Source of the DNA: Acidobacteriota bacterium
GTDB lineage: Bacteria; Acidobacteriota; Vicinamibacteria; Fen-336
DNA length: 47,042 nucleotides
Assembly (NCBI GenBank): GCA_031369785.1
Contig: JANMPI010000510.1
Span: forward strand, 1 to 47,042
Reading direction: 5' to 3'
The translations under genes were made by a program, and so were the position numbers. Under the pieces are notes generated by a model that saw nothing but the letters and a program-made list of their open reading frames with translations, ran no database searches and was not told the origin of the DNA. Shown piece after piece: positions 43,954 through 47,042 of the stretch (positions within the stretch are counted from its first letter, which is position 1; every line of letters begins with the position of its first letter).

Positions 43954-44909
43954 CGCCGGCGGTGATGATCGGCGTCGACACCGAGGCCGACGACCAGTGG
44001 TCGGCGGGCGGGCGCGAACGCATGGAGGTCACGAACGCGGGGCGCCTTCCCGCGCTGCAGGCGCTGTGCGACGAGTACGGCATCCGGCCGACGTACCTGG
44101 TCACCCATGAGATGGCGACGCGGCCGGAGAGCGTCTCCATCCTCGCCGGCCTCGCCCGGACGGGACGCTGCGAGATCGGCGCGCATCTCCATCCCTGGAG
44201 CTCGCCGCCCTTCCGTCCCGAGGACAAGGCCGCGCACACCTACCCGCACAATCTGCCCCCCGAGCTCCTCGAGCGGCAGATCGGCGGGCTGACGGCGACC
44301 ATCGAGACCGCGATCGGCGTGCGTCCCACCACCTATCGCGCCGGCCGCAACGGCTTCGACGGCGGCACGCTGCCCATCCTCGAGCGGCTGGGCTATACCG
44401 TGGACACGAGCGTCGACCCGCTGTTCAACGAGCGCCGCAAGGGCGGGATGGTGTTCGCGGGCGCGCCGGTGCTGCCCTATCACCCGTCGTACGACGACGT
44501 GCGCCGGCCGGGGACGTCGACGATCCTAGAGGTGCCGATCACCGCCGCGACCGATCCGCCGCTCCCCAAGGCGCTGGAGCACGCCTACGCGCTGCTGCCC
44601 GCCATTCCCTATCGCGGCGCCCTGCGCCGGCTCGGCATCCAGCCGGTGTGGCTGCGCCCCTCGTACACCTCGCGGCCGCGCATGCTCGCGTTCGCGTCGC
44701 GCCTGCACCGAAGCGGCGCGCCCTGCTTCAACATCATCTTCCACTCCAGCGAGCTCCTCCCCGGCGGCAGCCCCTACACCCCGGACGCGGCCAGCGTGGA
44801 GCGCTTCTGCTCCGACCTCCGTGCCCTGCTCGAGCACCTGACCCGCCGGCTGGGCGCGGTCGGGCGGACGTACGCGGAGTTCGCGCGGGAGTGGAGCCCG
44901 GCGGCATGA
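43950..44909 (+). CDS. Polysaccharide-deacetylase-like (CE4/WalW-like) protein
   Basis: IGVDTEADD, EIGAHLHPW, YRAGRNGFDG and IIFHSSELLPG resemble the divergent deacetylase family found in EPS loci. I did not see the canonical NodB TFDDG motif. ATGA overlap at 43950. Confidence 0.45.
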   Translation: MTPAVMIGVDTEADDQWSAGGRERMEVTNAGRLPALQALCDEYGIRPTYLVTHEMATRPESVSILAGLARTGRCEIGAHLHPWSSPPFRPEDKAAHTYPHNLPPELLERQIGGLTATIETAIGVRPTTYRAGRNGFDGGTLPILERLGYTVDTSVDPLFNERRKGGMVFAGAPVLPYHPSYDDVRRPGTSTILEVPITAATDPPLPKALEHAYALLPAIPYRGALRRLGIQPVWLRPSYTSRPRMLAFASRLHRSGAPCFNIIFHSSELLPGGSPYTPDAASVERFCSDLRALLEHLTRRLGAVGRTYAEFAREWSPAA

Positions 44910-46015
44910 ACGTCCTCATGGTGACGCCGCACCTGCCGCCGCACCAGGCCGCCAACGCCCTCCTGCCCCATCTCCTCGGCCAGGGCCTCGCGGAGCGCGG
45001 CCATCGCGTGCAGTACCTCACCTTCGGGCCTTCGACCGGCCGCGACGGGGTGGCGTACGTCCGCCGCCGCTCGCGACGCCTCCGCGTGACGCGGATCCCC
45101 CAGGCCATGGAGGCGGTCGAGACCTGGGCCCGGGCGCGCCCGCTGATGCGCGCGGCCGACGTCGTCCACATCCACTCCAGCACGTGGATGAACCACGTCG
45201 CGGCGCGGCTCGCCACGCGCAGCGGCAAGCCGTACGTCCTCACCCACTACGGCACCGAGATCTGGCACCACGACGGGCACGACGCCGCTTTCCGGCGGTT
45301 CAACCGCGAGGCCCGCCACGTCGCCTTCTACAGCCGCGCGCTCATGGAGAGGGCGGGGGCGCTGGCCGTCCCCGTGCGCGCAGGATCGGTCATCTATCCG
45401 CCGGTGGCCGACGCGTTCCGCCCGATGCTGCCGCGCCAGCGCGAGGCCGTCCATCGACGCTATGCGCCCGCGGGAGGCCCGCTGCTCCTGAACGTGAAGC
45501 GCCTCCATCCGCTCGCCGACCATCACACGCTGCTGCGCGCGATGGCGGAAGTGGTCGCCGCGCGACCCGACGCGGTGCTCCTCGTCGCCGGCGCGGGGGA
45601 AGAGGAAGCGGCGCTCAAGGCCCAGGCGGAGCGGCTCGGGCTTGGCCGCTCGGTGCAGTTTCTCGGCCTCGTTCCCAACGACGAGGTGGCGGCGCTCTCC
45701 GGCGGCGCGGACCTGTTCGTGCTGTCCTCGATCCTCGAGGCGACGCCGACGGTCGCCCTCGAAGCCATCGCCTGCGGCACGCCCGTCGTCTCCACCGACA
45801 ACCCGGGCGGGGTCGAGCTGCACGAGATGTTCGACGGCGACGTCGAGGTGGTGCCCAAGGGAGACGCGCCCGCGCTGGCGGCGGGCATCCTCCGCTTCCT
45901 GGCCGAGCCGCGCCGCACCCGGCCGGGCAGCGACCGCTGCATCGAGGAGCGCTTCCGGCTTCCCGGCGTGCTCGATCGCTACCTCGCGCTCTACCGCGAG
46001 GCGGCCGGGCATTGA
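44906..46015 (+). CDS. GT4 (GT-B fold) glycosyltransferase
   Basis: MNVLMVTPHLPPHQAANAL N-terminus and the EX7E-type motif SSILEATPTVALEAIACGTPVVSTDNPGG. ATGA overlap at 44906. The 44648-44905 part of the listed ORF is an alternative frame of the upstream gene. Confidence 0.85.
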   Translation: MNVLMVTPHLPPHQAANALLPHLLGQGLAERGHRVQYLTFGPSTGRDGVAYVRRRSRRLRVTRIPQAMEAVETWARARPLMRAADVVHIHSSTWMNHVAARLATRSGKPYVLTHYGTEIWHHDGHDAAFRRFNREARHVAFYSRALMERAGALAVPVRAGSVIYPPVADAFRPMLPRQREAVHRRYAPAGGPLLLNVKRLHPLADHHTLLRAMAEVVAARPDAVLLVAGAGEEEAALKAQAERLGLGRSVQFLGLVPNDEVAALSGGADLFVLSSILEATPTVALEAIACGTPVVSTDNPGGVELHEMFDGDVEVVPKGDAPALAAGILRFLAEPRRTRPGSDRCIEERFRLPGVLDRYLALYREAAGH

Positions 46016-46851
46016 GGTCGATCGACAACGCCGCCATCGCCGCCGCCGCGGCGACGCGGTTCCGCAGCGAGTACGACTACGCGGTCTTCGAGTACCGCAG
46101 GAGCGCCAAGGTGCTGGCCGCCCTCGATCGCGCGGGCGTGCGCGTCTCCGGGCGCGTCCTCGACGCGGGATGCGGGGGGGGCGGGACGGTGCTCTCCCTG
46201 GCCGAGGAATCCGCGTTCGCGGTGGGGCTCGACCTGGAGGCGCGCTTCGCGGGATCGGGGACGCGGCTGGCGTCGGAAAAGGGAACCGCCAACGCGGCCT
46301 TCGTGCAGGGCGACGGGGCGCTCCTTCCCTTCGCCGATGCGACCTTCGACCTCGTGTTCAGCCACTCGGTGATCGAGCACGTGACGACCGCCGACGGCTA
46401 TCTCCGCGAGTGCCACCGCGTGCTGCGTCCCGGAGGCGTGCTCTACCTGTCCACCGCGCCGACGCTGTCCCTGGCCGGCGCGCATCTTCCCCGCCTGCTG
46501 CTGCCGGTGCCGGTGCACATTCTCCTCGGACGCCGCCGCGCGTTCTCGCTCTTCCGCTCCCTGGCCCGCCACGCGCCGAGGCTGCTGCAGGAGCCGAAGG
46601 AAGCCAACACCTTCATCGCGCTGGCCGAGCAGGGGAAGGAAAAGCGCGACGACGTGCTGCAGCGGGTGACGGTGCGCGGCCTCGACCGCTGGATCCGCGA
46701 CTCGGGGTTCCGTCTCGTGCACGAGGACCGGCAAGTCACCGGGTTCTTCCGCCGCTTCGTGCCCGGCGCGCTGCGGCGCCGCATGGAGCGCACGGCGTTC
46801 GTGCAGGACGTGATGATCGGCCACATCCAGTGCGTGCTGGAGAAGCCGTGA
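46012..46851 (+). CDS. Class I SAM-dependent methyltransferase
   Basis: Motif I VLDAGCGGGGTVLSLA, post-I GLDLE and motif II/III DLVFSHSVIEHV..LRPGGVLYLS. The TTG at 46012 overlaps the upstream TGA. Confidence 0.85.
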   Translation: MRSIDNAAIAAAAATRFRSEYDYAVFEYRRSAKVLAALDRAGVRVSGRVLDAGCGGGGTVLSLAEESAFAVGLDLEARFAGSGTRLASEKGTANAAFVQGDGALLPFADATFDLVFSHSVIEHVTTADGYLRECHRVLRPGGVLYLSTAPTLSLAGAHLPRLLLPVPVHILLGRRRAFSLFRSLARHAPRLLQEPKEANTFIALAEQGKEKRDDVLQRVTVRGLDRWIRDSGFRLVHEDRQVTGFFRRFVPGALRRRMERTAFVQDVMIGHIQCVLEKP

Positions 46852-47042
46852 CCGCGGTGCTGATTCCGGCCGACGTGCGGTTCCCGCTCGAGCGCGCGAA
46901 CGGCGTGCAGATCGTGAAGACGGCGGCCGCCCTCGCGCGGGCGGGCGTCCTGGCCACGCTTCTCGTGCGCGACAGCGACCCGCGTCCGACGGACGAGATC
47001 CTCCCCCTCTTCGGGATCGCGCCCGGCGCGCTGCGCGTGCGG
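46848..47042 (+). CDS. Glycosyltransferase (GT4-like N-terminus), 3'-truncated by the window edge
   Basis: The GTG at 46848 overlaps the upstream TGA (GTGA). The frame reads VTAVLIPADVRFPLERANGVQIVKTAAALARAGVLATLLVRD and stays open to the end. This is a typical GT4 N-terminal beta-alpha-beta pattern. Confidence 0.5.
   Translation, partial: MTAVLIPADVRFPLERANGVQIVKTAAALARAGVLATLLVRDSDPRPTDEILPLFGIAPGALRVR

Overview
This is a very GC-rich bacterial chromosomal segment, with G/C at nearly every third codon position. That bias also produces many long spurious antisense ORFs in the supplied track. I read three blocks.

(1) 190-19997, plus strand: ychF, then an operon of about 18 mostly translationally coupled envelope-glycan genes. 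It holds four GT2 polyprenyl-phosphate-sugar-synthase-like genes, two large GT-C-type membrane proteins (one YfhO-like, one PMT/ArnT-like), an SDR plus a DegT aminotransferase, a GT4, a GT9 and an unassigned 647-aa GT-B-like protein. It ends with two NeuB-family nonulosonic-acid synthases flanking an SpsF-like cytidylyltransferase.

(2) 20079-34965, minus strand: an orphan secreted protein. Next is a tightly coupled operon of an FHA-GAF protein, a TPR Ser/Thr kinase, a sensor-less HisKA_3 histidine kinase and a NarL-type response regulator. Last are two tandem paralogous giant secreted HEWGH zinc metalloproteases.

(3) 35009-47042, plus strand with one divergent minus-strand gene: the glycan theme resumes. 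Genes are a cytidylyltransferase-PseG-like fusion, an ArnA-like SDR, a Wzx flippase, a periplasmic Cu/Zn SOD, two polytopic membrane proteins, a GNAT, a deacetylase-like protein, GT4s and a SAM methyltransferase.

I recognised no rRNA, tRNA, CRISPR array, transposase or integrase. All functional calls come from motif recognition by eye, not from database searches. Start codons were chosen from frame, 4-nt stop/start overlaps and SD-like sequences.
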